A stretch of DNA of 64,000 nucleotides from the human T2T-CHM13v2.0 reference genome, Homo sapiens: assembly GCF_009914755.1 (NCBI RefSeq), contig NC_060945.1; one strand, 5' to 3'. Below the pieces are notes generated by a model. It was not told the DNA's origin. It worked only from the letters and a program-made list of their open reading frames with translations, and made no database searches. Below are positions 33,574 through 46,715 of the stretch, piece after piece. The translations under genes were made by a program, and so were the position numbers. Position 1 is the stretch's first letter. Each line of letters begins with the position of its first letter.

Positions 33574-34102
33574 TTGTCTTTCTTTCTGTCTCTGTCTCTC
33601 TCTCTCTCTCTGTGTGTCTGTCTTCTGTCTTACTGTCTTTCTCTGCCTGTCTGTCTGTCTGTCTCTCTCTGTCTGTCTCTCTCTCTCTCTCCCCCCTGTC
33701 GGCTGTTTCTCTGTCTCTGTCTGTGTCTCTCTTTCTGTCTGTTTCTCTCTGTCTGTCTTTCTCTCTCTGTCTCTTTCTCTCTGTCTCTCTGTCTGTCTCT
33801 GTCTCTCTCTCTGTCTCTCTCTCTCTGTGGGGGTGTGTGTGTGTGTGTGTATGTGTGTGTGTGTGTGTGTGTGTGTCTGCCTTCTGTCTTACTCTCTTTC
33901 TCTGCCTGTCTGTCTGCCTGTCTGTTTGTCTCTCTCTCTCTGCCTGTCTCTCTCCCTTCCTGTCTGTTTCTCTCTCTTTCTGTTTCTCTCTGTCTCTGTC
34001 CATCTCTGTCTTTCTCCGTCTGTCTCTTTATCTGTCTCTCTCTCTCTTTCTGTCTTTCTCTCTCTGTGTATCGTTGTCTCTCTCTGTCTGTCTCTGTCTC
34101 TG

Positions 34103-34135
<33 letters not shown>

Positions 34136-34190
34136 GTCTGTCTGTCCGTCTGTCTGTCTCGGTCTCTGGCTCTCGCTATCTCCCGCCCTC
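32940..34190 (+). repeat. CT/CTGT compound microsatellite block 3 with a (GT)n insert
   Basis: Direct reading; shares the anchor motif of blocks 1 and 2. Confidence 0.9.
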
Positions 34191-35478
34191 TCTTTTTTTG
34201 CAAAAGAAGCTCAAGTACATCTAATCTAATCCCTTACCAAGGCCTGAATTCTTCACTTCTGACATCCCAGATTTGATCTCCCTACAGAATGCTGTACAGA
34301 ACTGGCGAGTTGATTTCTGGACTTGGATACCTCATAGAAACTACATATGAATAAAGATCCAATCCTAAAATCTGGGGTGGCTTCTCCCTCGACTGTCTCG
34401 AAAAATCGTACCTCTGTTCCCCTAGGATGCCGGAAGAGTTTTCTCAATGTGCATCTGCCCGTGTCCTAAGTGATCTGTGACCGAGCCCTGTCCGTCCTGT
34501 CTCAAATATGTACGTGCAAACACTTCTCTCCATTTCCACAACTACCCACGGCCCCTTGTGGAACCACTGGCTCTTTGAAAAAAATCCCAGAAGTGGTTTT
34601 GGCTTTTTGGCTAGGAGGCCTAAGCCTGCTGAGAACTTTCCTGCCCAGGATCCTGTGTGACCAAAAGTGCCTCTGCTGGGAGCTGGGATCCTCGGGACCA
34701 TGCTTGCTAGCGCTGGATGAGTCTCTGGAAGGACGCACGGGACTCCGCAAAGCTGACCTGTCCCACCGAGGTCAAATGGATACCTCTGCATTGGCCCGAG
34801 GCCTCCGAAGTACATCACCGTCACCAACCGTCACCGTCAGCATCCTTGTGAGCCTGCCCAAGGCCCCGCCTCCGGGGAGACTCTTGGGAGCCCGGCCTTC
34901 GTCGGCTAAAGTCCAAAGGGATGGTGACTTCCACCCACAAGGTCCCCACTGAACGGCGAAGATGTGGAGCGTAGGTCAGAGAGGGGACCAGGAGGGGAGA
35001 CGTCCCGACAGGCGACGAGTTCCCAAGGCTCTGGCCACCCCACCCACGCCCCACGCCCCACGTCCCGGGCACCCGCGGGACACCGCCGCTTTATCCCCTC
35101 CTCTGTCCACAGCCGGCCCCACCCCACCACGCAACCCACGCACACACGCTGGAGGTTCCAAAACCACACGGTGTGACTAGAGCCTGACGGAGCGAGAGCC
35201 CATTTCACGAGGTGGGAGGGGTGGGGGTGGGGTGGGTTGGGGGTTGTGGGGTCTGTGGCGAGCCCGATTCTCCCTCTTGGGTGGCTACAGGCTAGAAATG
35301 AATATCGCTTCTTGGGCGGAGGGGCTTCCTTAGGCCATCACCGCTTGCGGGACTACCTCTCAAACCCTCCCTTGAGGCCACAAAATAGATTCCACCCCAC
35401 CCATCGACGTTTCCCCCGGGTGCTGGATGTATCCTGTCAAGAGACCTGAGCCTGACACCGTCGAATTAAACACCTTGA

Positions 35479-35703
<225 letters not shown>

Positions 35704-35745
35704 TAGATTCGAGCCACACCTCATTCCGTGCCACAGAGAGACTTC

Positions 35746-38700
35746 TTTTTTTTTTTTTTTTTAAGCGCAACGCAACATGTCTGCCTTATTTGAGTGGCTT
35801 CCTATATCATTATAATTGTGTTATAGATGAAGAAACGGTATTAAACACTGTGCTAATGATAGTGAAAGTGAAGACAAAAGAAAGGCTATCTATTTTGTGG
35901 TTAGAATAAAGTTGCTCAGTATTTAGAGCTACCTAAATACGTCAGCATTTACACTCTTCCTAGTAAAAGCTGGCCAATCTGAATAATCCTCCTTTAAACA
36001 AACACAATTTTTGATAGGGTTAAGATTTTTTTAAGAATGCGACTCCTGCAAAATAGCTGAACAGACGATACACATTTAAAAAAATAACAACACAAGGATC
36101 AACCAGACTTGGGAAAAAATCGAAAACCACACAAGTCTTATGAAGAACTGAGTTCTTAAAATAGGACGGAGAACGTAGCTATCGGAAGAGAAGGCAGTAT
36201 TGGCAAGTTGATTGTTACGTTGGTCAGCAGTAGCTGGCACTATCTTTTTGGCCATCTTTCGGGCAATGTAACTACTACAGCAAAATGAGATATGATCCAT
36301 TAAACAACATATTCGCAAATCAAAAAGTGTTTCAGTAATATAATGCTTCAGATTTAGAAGCAAATCAAATGATAGAACTCCACTGCTGTAATAAGTCACC
36401 CCAAAGATCACCGTATCTGACAAAATAACTACCACAGGGTTATGACTTCAGAATCATACTTTCTCTTGATATTTACTTATGTATGTATTTATTTTTTTTA
36501 ATTTATTTCTCTTGAGACGGCGTCTCGCTCTGTCGCCCAGGCTGGAGTGCGATGGTGTGATCTCGGCTCACTGCAACCGCCACCTCCCTGGGTTCAAGCG
36601 ATTCTCCTGCCTCAGCCTCCCGAGTAGCTGGGACTACAGGTGCCCGCCACCACGCCCAGCTAATCTTTATACTTTTAATAGAGACGGGGTTTCACCGTGT
36701 CGGCCCGGATGGTCTCGATCTCTTGACCTCGTGACCCGCCCGCCTCGGCCTCCCAAAGTGCTGGGATGACAGGCGTGAGCCACTGAGCCCGGCCTTCTCT
36801 TGACGTTTAAACTATGAAGTCAGTCCAGAGAAACGCAATAAATGTCAACGGTGAGGATGGTGTTGAGGCAGAAGTAGGACCACACTTTTTCCTATCTTAT
36901 TCAGTTGATAACAATATGACCTAGGTAGTAATTTCCTATGTGCCTACTTATACACGAGTACAAAAGAGTAAAACAGAGAGACTGCTAAATTAAAGGGTAC
37001 GTGAAGTTCTTCATAGTAACTCCGTAAACTGGAACACTGTCAAAAAGCAGCAGCTAGTGAATTGTTTCCATGTATTTTTCTATGATCCAATAAGTGAACT
37101 ATGCTATTCCTTTCCAGTCTCCCAAGCACTTCTTGTCCCCATCACCACTTCGGTGCTCGAAGAAAAAGTAACAAATCAAGGAACACAACTAAAGAAACAC
37201 ACACACAAACCAAAGACAACTACAGCGTCTGCAAAAGTTTGCTAGAAGACTGAAACTGTTGAGTATAAGGATCTGGTATTCTACGATCATGAGTTCACTT
37301 CAGAGTTTGTTCAAGACATACGTTTCGTAAGGAAACATCTTAGTTAGAAGTTATTCAGCAGTAGGTACCATCCCTAAGTATTTTTCACCAAATTCGTGAC
37401 AATAAAGAGCTATCTAACCAGAAAAATTAGCGAGTACCGGCACCATCCATAGGGCTTTGTCTTTACGCTTCATTAGCACTTACCATGCCTTACAATGTCT
37501 AGGATTGACCCTGATAGCATTTCGAAAACAAGCTAATGCTTTGTCCAGTTCTTCAGTGAAGACAAGCTCACGCCCTAATGCGCTATAGGCATAAGCATCA
37601 TTTGGATCCACTTCGAGAGTTCTCTGGAAGAATTGAATCGCAATATCGTGTTCCCGTTGCAGACCGAAACAGTTCCCTGCAGCACACCAGGCCTCTGGCT
37701 GGCGAATTTTTATCCATGTCTGTGAAGTCTTTGGACAGAACTGAAAGAGCAACCTCTTTCGGAGGATGCCAAAGTGTTGTAGAGTAGATCTCCATGCCTT
37801 CGACTCTGTAATTCTCAATCCTCCTAACCTCTGAGAATTGTCTTTCAGCTTGCGTGGACTCTGAAAGTTTACAATAGGCCCTTCCGATTTGGCACAGTAC
37901 CCAACCGGTATTGCGGTGGTGAGAAGCTAGATGGCTCAAGATGCTGATAGCTTCTTTGCCGTGGTAAGAACACAAAGCTAAATAACCTTTCCCCCTTTCA
38001 CGAAGAAGGCTCATCAAGCCTTCCGCTGCTGCTTTTTGTAGATTAAAAGCCTGAATCTGAGGCGCGATTGCGGCTATTTTCCCTTCTGAAATGACGGAAG
38101 AGTCCAATTTTGTCACTTCCAGGCTATCACTTATGTTCGGTGGAGTTATTGCTCCTTTATTAGTTTTACTTTTGGTTCTTCTGTTTGGGATTTTAGGTGG
38201 AAACTTCATTTTTAATTTTCTCCTATTCTCCTCGGTTGTGGAGCTGTCACTAGTCAAGAGTCGTGAATGTCTTCGAGGCGGTGCATTTGGGGGAGATGCC
38301 ATAGTGGGGCTCAATACCTGAGGTGTTGCCCTTGTCGGCGGACCAGAACTTTGTGTTTTTGCAAGGACTGGAGTTACCTTTCGGCTCTTTCCCCTCTGCG
38401 AGAAGACAGACGGTGTTCCGGTTTGGCCGATTCTGGCAACAGGCTTTTTTGAAGGGGCTCCGGTGGATGGCACGTCAATGACAGACGGTGTCTCATACCA
38501 GTGCAGTTTTGTCAATAGGGTCCGTCTCCGGGACTTGGGGTTTCTAATGGCAAAATGCCAACACTTGGGGTTAATGGACTAACAGCTGCTGGTCCTCCTA
38601 ATAAACTTCGACCAGTTTTTGGTTTATGTTGAACCTGTTTAGATCATATGGAAGTTCCTGTTCCCAGTGGGACAGTATCAGGTGAAAGGACAGCTGAATC

Positions 38701-39541
38701 GATAGAAGACACTGGGGAGTCTGTATTCAAGGAGTACTTTGAATTGGAAGATTCTAAATTCCATCCGTTTCATTCGACGGTGTCCTGGGGTGTTTCCGTA
38801 AGAACGGTCTCGGGCTGTCTGTGACATAAACTAGGACGAGGTCCAAGTGTTGTGGCGCAACACTTGGACAGGCAGTTGCTAAAGCTCTCTAGAGAGGTGA
38901 ATCAAAATGTTTGGTCAGGATCTGGCTTTTCCCCCCTATTTCACATCATGATTCAAAGGGACACCAGAGGAAAGGATTTCAACGAAGGCTCTTTTGGTCA
39001 CATTCTGATCCTTTGGTAAGCCGATCTGTCTTGCAATATACATGTCCCGACGATGGAAGGGGAAAGCGAGCTGAATCACCAAACTCAGGAACGATAATAT
39101 CATCGTGGCTTTTCTGCTTATGAAACACTCCACCCGATAAGATTTGATCCCCTTCTGCAAGCTTGCTGAGATCAACACAACATTTCGCAAGCAGGCATTT
39201 GCATTGCGGGGTAGTACAACTGTGTCCTTTCAAGAGTCTATATGTTTTATAGGCCTTTCCTGAGCGGTAAGAACAGGTCGCCAGTAAGAACAAGGCTTCT
39301 TCTGAGTGTACTTCTGCATAAAGGCGTTCTGCGGGGGAAACCGCATCTCGGTAGGCATAGTGGTTTAGTGCTTGCCATATAGCAGCCTGGACGGGTCCCT
39401 GCAGCACCGCCATCCTCGAGGCTCAGGCCCACTTTCTGCAGTGCCACAGGCACCCCCCCCCCCCATAGCGGCTCCGGCCCGGCCAGCCCCGGCTCATTTA
39501 AAGGCACCAGCCGCCGTTACCGGGGGATGGGGGAGTCCGAG
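35746..39541 (-). pseudogene. CDC27P: CDC27 (APC3) processed pseudogene: 5'UTR and spliced CDS to ~37484, then a putative intronic tail and poly(A)
   Basis: ORF pieces MAVLQGPVQAAIWQALNHYAYRDAV..., ...QIQAFNLQKAAAEGLMSLLRE..., ...EAWCAAGNCF.LQREHDIAI.FFQR... match CDC27 TPR protein; frameshifts and stops; no introns in the CDS part. CDS homology is high confidence, the 3' extent is inferred. Confidence 0.9.
36480..36794 (-). mobile_element. Full-length Alu (Sc/Y-like) with TTCTCTTGA target-site duplication
   Basis: Complete antisense Alu; ttctcttga at 36461-36469 and 36795-36803. Confidence 0.9.
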
Positions 39542-40066
39542 ACAGAATGACTTCTTTATCCTGCTGACTCTGGAAAGCCCGGCGCCTTGTGATCCATTGC
39601 AAACCGAGAGTCACCTCGTGTTTAGAACACGGATCCACTCCCAAGTTCAGTGGGGGGATGTGAGGGGTGTGGCAGGTAGGACGAAGGACTCTCTTCCTTC
39701 TGATTCGGTCTGCACAGTGGGGCCTAGGGCTGGAGCTCTCTCCGTGCGGACCGCTGACTCCCTCTACCTTGGGTTCCCTCGGCCCCACCCTGGAACGCCG
39801 GGCCTTGGCAGATTCTGGCCCTTCCTGGCCCTTCAGTCGCTGTCAGAAACCCCATCTCATGCTCGGATGCCCCGAGTGACTGTGGCTCGCACCTCTCCGG
39901 AAACATTGGAAATCTCTCCTCTACGCGCGGCCACCTGAAACCACAGGAGCTCGGGACACACGTGCTTTCGGGAGAGAATGCTGAGAGTCTCTTGCCGACT
40001 CTCTCTTGACTTGAGTTCTTCGTGGGTGCGTGGTTAAGACGTAGTGAGACCAGATGTATTAACTCA

Positions 40067-40225
40067 GGCCGGGTGCTGGTGGCTCACGCCTGTAACCCCA
40101 ACACTTTGGGAGGCCGAGGCCGTAGGATCCCTCGAGGAATCGCCTAACCCTGGGGAGGTTGAGGTTGCAGTGAGTGAGCCATAGTTGTGTCACTGTGCTC
40201 CAGTCTGGGCGAAAGACAGAATGAG
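40067..40225 (+). mobile_element. Alu monomer (left/right arm fusion) followed by (GGCA)n
   Basis: ggccgggtgctggtggctcacgcctgtaacccc...ggaggccgagg then gaatcgcc...gaggttgcagtgag. Confidence 0.8.
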
Positions 40226-40329
40226 GCCCTGCCACAGGCAGGCAGGCAGGCAGGCAGGCAGAAAGACAACAGCTGTATTATGTTCTTCTCAGGGTAGGAA
40301 GCAAAAATAACAGAATACAGCACTTAATT

Positions 40330-41213
<884 letters not shown>

Positions 41214-42029
41214 ACCCCCCCTTTCCCCTTCCCCCGCTTGTCTTCCCGACAGACAGTTTCACGGCAGAGCGTTTGGCTGGCGTGCTTAAACTCATTCTAA
41301 ATAGAAATTTGGGACGTCAGCTTCTGGCCTCACGGACTCTGAGCCGAGGAGTCCCCTGGTCTGTCTATCACAGGACCGTACACGTAAGGAGGAGAAAAAT
41401 CGTAACGTTCAAAGTCAGTCATTTTGTGATACAGAAATACACGGATTCACCCAAAACACAGAAAGCAGTCTTTTAGAAATGGCCTTAGCCCTGGTGTCCG
41501 TGCCAGTGATTCTTTTCGGTTTGGACCTTGACTGAGAGGATTCCCAGTCGGTCTCTCGTCTCTGGACGGAAGTTCCAGATGATCCGATGGGTGGGGGACT
41601 TAGGCTGCGTCCCCCCAGGAGCCCTGGTCGATTAGTTGTGGGGATCGCCTTGGAGGGCGCGGTGACCCACTGTGCTGTGGGAGCCTCCATCCTTCCCCCC
41701 ACCCCCTCCCCAGGGGATCCCAATTCATTCCGGGCTGACACGCTCACTGGCAGGCGTCGGGCATCACCTAGCGGTCACTGTTACTCTGAAAACGGAGGCC
41801 TCACAGAGGAAGGGAGCACCAGGCCGCCTGCGCACAGCCTGGGGCAACTGTGTCTTCTCCACCGCCCCCGCCCCCACCTCCAAGTTCCTCCCTCCCTTGT
41901 TGCCTAGGAAATCGCCACTTTGACGACCGGGTCTGATTGACCTTTGATCAGGCAAAAACGAACAAACAGATAAATAAATAAAATAACACAAAAGTAACTA
42001 ACTAAATAAAATAAGTCAATACAACCCAT

Positions 42030-42151
42030 TACAATACAATAAGATACGATACGATAGGATGCGATAGGATACGATAGGATACAATACAATACGATACGAT
42101 ACAATACAATACAATACAATACAATACAATACAATACAATACAATACAATA
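42030..42151 (+). repeat. Pentanucleotide array (AATAC/GATAC/GATAG)n
   Basis: Direct reading. Confidence 0.92.
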
Positions 42152-42985
<834 letters not shown>

Positions 42986-43257
42986 TTAACTTCATTTTAT
43001 GTTATTATCATGATTGATGTTTCGAGACGGAGTCTCGGAGGCCCGCCCTCCCTGGTTGCCCAGACAACCCCGGGAGACAGACCCTGGCTGGGCCCGATTG
43101 TTCTTCTCCTTGGTCAGGGGTTTCCTTGTCTTTCTTCGTGTCTTTAACCCGCGTGGACTCTTCCGCTCGGGTTTGACAGATGGCAGCTCCACTTTAGGCC
43201 TTGTTGTTGTTGGGGACTTTCCTGATTCTCCCCAGATGTAGTGAAAGCAGGTAGATT

Positions 43258-43287
43258 TGCCTTGCCTGGACTTGCCTGGCCTTGCCT
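43258..43287 (+). promoter_or_regulatory. p53 response element (RGC, ribosomal gene cluster site)
   Basis: TGCCTTGCCT GGACTTGCCT GGCCTTGCCT: tandem RRRCWWGYYY-like decamers, the classical RGC sequence. Confidence 0.88.
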
Positions 43288-43320
43288 TTTCTTTCTTTCT
43301 TTCTTTATTACTTTCTCTTT

Positions 43321-43386
43321 TTCTTCTTCTTCTTCTTCTTCTTCTTCTTCTTCTTCTTCTTCTTCTTCTTCTTCTTCTTCTTCTTC
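43321..43386 (+). repeat. (TTC)22 / (GAA)22 triplet in an Alu tail
   Basis: 66 nt of pure TTC. Confidence 0.93.
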
Positions 43387-43678
43387 TTTTTTTTTTTGAG
43401 ACAGAGTTTCACTCTTGTTGCCCAGGCTAGAGGGCAATGGTGCGATCTCGGCTCACCGCACCCTCCGCCTCCCAGGTTCAAGCGATTCTCCTGCCTCAGC
43501 CTCCTGATTAGCTGGGATTACAGGCATGGGCCACCGTGCCTGGCTGATGTTTGTACTTTTAGTAGAGACGGTGTTTTTCCATGTTGGTCAGGCTGGTCTC
43601 CCACTCCCAACCTCAGGTGGTCCGCCTGCCTTAGCCTCCCAAAGTGCTGGGATGACAGGCGTGAGCCACCGCGCCCAG

Positions 43679-43680
<2 letters not shown>
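43387..43680 (-). mobile_element. AluSp/Sq-like element
   Basis: gagacagagtttcactcttgttgcccagg...gagccaccgcgcccagcc. Confidence 0.92.
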
Positions 43681-43724
<44 letters not shown>

Positions 43725-43727
<3 letters not shown>

Positions 43728-44374
43728 CGCTTGCTTGCTTGCTTTCGTGCTTTCTTGCTTTCCCGTTTTCTTGCTTTCTTTCTTTCTTTCGTTTCTTTCA
43801 TGCTTGCTTTCTTGCTTGCTTGCTTGCTTTCGTGCTTTCTTGCTTTCCTGTTTTCTTTTTCTTTCTTTCTTTCTTTCTTTCTTTTGTTTCTTTCTTGCTT
43901 GCTTTCTTGCTTGCTTGCTTGCTTTCGTGCTTTCTTGCTTTCCTGTTTTCTTTCTTTCTTTCTTTCTTTTGTTTCTTTCTTGCTTGCTTTCTTGCTTGCT
44001 TGCTTTCGTGCTGTCTTGTTTTCTCGATTTCTTTCTTTCTTTTGTTTCTTTCCTGCTTGCTTTCTTGCTTGATTGCTTTCGTGCTTTCTTGCTTTCTTGT
44101 TTTCTTTCTTTCTTTTGTTTCTTTCTTTCTTGCTTCCTTGTTTTCTTGCTTTCTTGCTTGCTTGCTTTCGTGCTTTCTTGTTTTCTTGCTTTCTTTCTTT
44201 TGTTTCTTTCTTGCTTGCTTTCTTGCTTCCTTGTTTTCTTGCTTTCTTGCTTGCTTGCTTTCGTGCTTTCTTTCTTGCTTTCTTTTCTTTCTTTCTTTTC
44301 TTTTTCTTTCTTTCTTGCTTTCTTTTCTTTCATTCATTCATTCTTTCTTTCTTTCCTTTCTTTCTTTCTTTCTT

Positions 44375-44412
<38 letters not shown>
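43725..44412 (+). repeat. ~90-bp minisatellite of (TTGC)n/(TTTC)n, 7 units, followed by (TTTC)n
   Basis: Anchor GCTTTCGTGCT at 43741, 43826, 43921, 44002, 44075, 44164, 44257. Confidence 0.9.
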
Positions 44413-44413
<1 letters not shown>

Positions 44414-44422
44414 GTTTCGTCC

Positions 44423-44716
<294 letters not shown>

Positions 44717-45790
44717 TGTTGACTCATTTCGCTTTTTTATTTCTTTCGTTTCCACGCGTTTACTTATATGTATTAATGTAAACGTTTCTGTACGCTTATA
44801 TGCAAACAACGACAACGTGTATCTCTGCATTGAATACTCTTGCGTATGGTAAATACGTATCGGTTGTATGGAAATAGACTTCTGTATGATAGATGTAGGT
44901 GTTTGTGTTATACAAATAAATACACATCGCTCTATAAAGAAGGGATCGTCGATAAAGACGTTTATTTTACGTATGAAAAGCGTCGTATTTATGTGTGTAA
45001 ATGAACGAGCGTACGTAGTTATCTCTGTTTTCTTTCTTCCTCTCCTTCGTGTTTTTCTTCCTTCCTTTCTTCCTTTCTCTCCTTCTTTAGGTTTTTCTTC
45101 CTCTCTTCCTTTCCTTCTTTCTCTCTTTCTGTCCTTTTTTCCTTCGTGCTTTATTTCTCTTTCGTTCCCTGTGTTTCCTTCTTTTTTCTTTCCTCTCTGT
45201 TTCTTTTTCCCTTCTTTCCTTCGTTTCTTTCCTCATTCTTTCTCTCTTTTTCGTGTTTCTTTCCTTCCCGTCTGTCTTTTAAAAAATGGAGTGTTTCAGA
45301 AGTTTACTTTGTGTATCTACGTTTTCTAAATTGTCTCTCTTTTCTCCATTTTCTTCCTCCCTCCCTCCCTCCCTCCCTCCCTGCTCCCTTCCCTCCCTCC
45401 TTCCCTTTCGCCATCTGTCTCTTTTCCCCACTCCCCTCCCCCCGTCTGTCTCTGCGTGGATTCCGGAAGAGCCTACGCATTCTGCCTCTCCGTGTGTCTG
45501 CAGCGACCCGCGACCGAGTCCTTGTGTGTTCTTTCTCCCTCCCTCCCTCCCTCCCTCCCTCCCTCCCTGCTTCCGAGAGGCATCTCCAAACACCCACGCG
45601 CCGTGGGTTGTCTTCTGACTCTGTCGCGGTCGAGGCAGAGACGCGTTTTGGGCACCGTTTGTGTGGGGTTGGGGCAGAGGGGCTGCGTTTTCGGCCTCGG
45701 GAAGAGCTTCTCGACTCACGGTTTCGCTTTCGCGGTCCACGGGCCGCCCTGCCAGCCGGATCTGTCTCGCTGACGTCCGCGGCGGTTGTC

Positions 45791-46715
45791 GGGCTCCATC
45801 TGGCGGCCGCTTTGAGATCGTGCTCTCGGCTTCCGGAGCTGCGGTGGCAGCTGCCGAGGGAGGGGACCGTCCCCGCTGTGAGCTAGGCAGAGCTCCGGAA
45901 AGCCCGCGGTCGTCAGCCCGGCTGGCCCGGTGGCGCCAGAGCTGTGGCGCGTCGCTTGTGAGTCACAGCTCTGGCGTGCAGGTTTATGTGGGGGAGAGGC
46001 TGTCGCTGCGCTTCTGGGCCCGCGGCGGGCGTGGGGCTGCCCGGGCCGGTCGACCAGCGCGCCGTAGCTCCCGAGGCCCGAGCCGCGACCCGCGGGGACC
46101 CGCCGCGCGTGGCGCGGGAGGCTGGGGACGCCCTTCCCGGCCCGGTCGCGGGTCCGCGCTCATCCTGGCCGTCTGAGGCGGCGGCCGAATTCGTTTCCGA
46201 GTCCCCGTGGGGAGCCGGGGACCGTCCCGCCCCCGTCCCCCGGGTGCCGGGGAGCGGTCCCCGGGCCGGGCCGCGGTCCCTCTGCCGCGATCCTTTCTGG
46301 CGAGTCCCCGTGCGGAGTCGGAGAGCGCTCCCTGAGCGCGCGTGCGGCCCGAGAGGTCGCGCCTGGCCGGCCTTCGGTCCCTCGTGTGTCCCGGTCGTAG
46401 GAGGGGCCGGCCGAAAATGCTTCCGGCTCCCGCTCTGGAGACACGGGCCGGCCCCCTGCGTGTGGCACGGGCGGCCGGGAGGGCGTCCCCGGCCCGGCGC
46501 TGCTCCCGCGTGTGTCCTGGGGTTGACCAGAGGGCCCCGGGCGCTCCGTGTGTGGCTGCGATGGTGGCGTTTTTGGGGACAGGTGTCCGTGTCGCGCGTC
46601 GCCTGGGCCGGCGGCGTGGTCGGTGACGCGACCTCCCGGCCCCGGGGGAGGTATATCTTTCGCTCCGAGTCGGCATTTTGGGCCGCCGGGTTATTGCTGA
46701 CACGCTGTCCTCTGG
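45791..46715 (+). promoter_or_regulatory. Unit 2 control region: CTCF motif 45791-45809, spacer Sal box 46047-46057, T0 46520-46530, promoter with TSS 46696
   Basis: Same as 1004-1928 at +44,787. Confidence 0.92.

Noticed and set aside
37480-39413. Functional CDC27 gene
   Set aside because: Split across frames by stops and frameshifts, intronless and lacking the C-terminus
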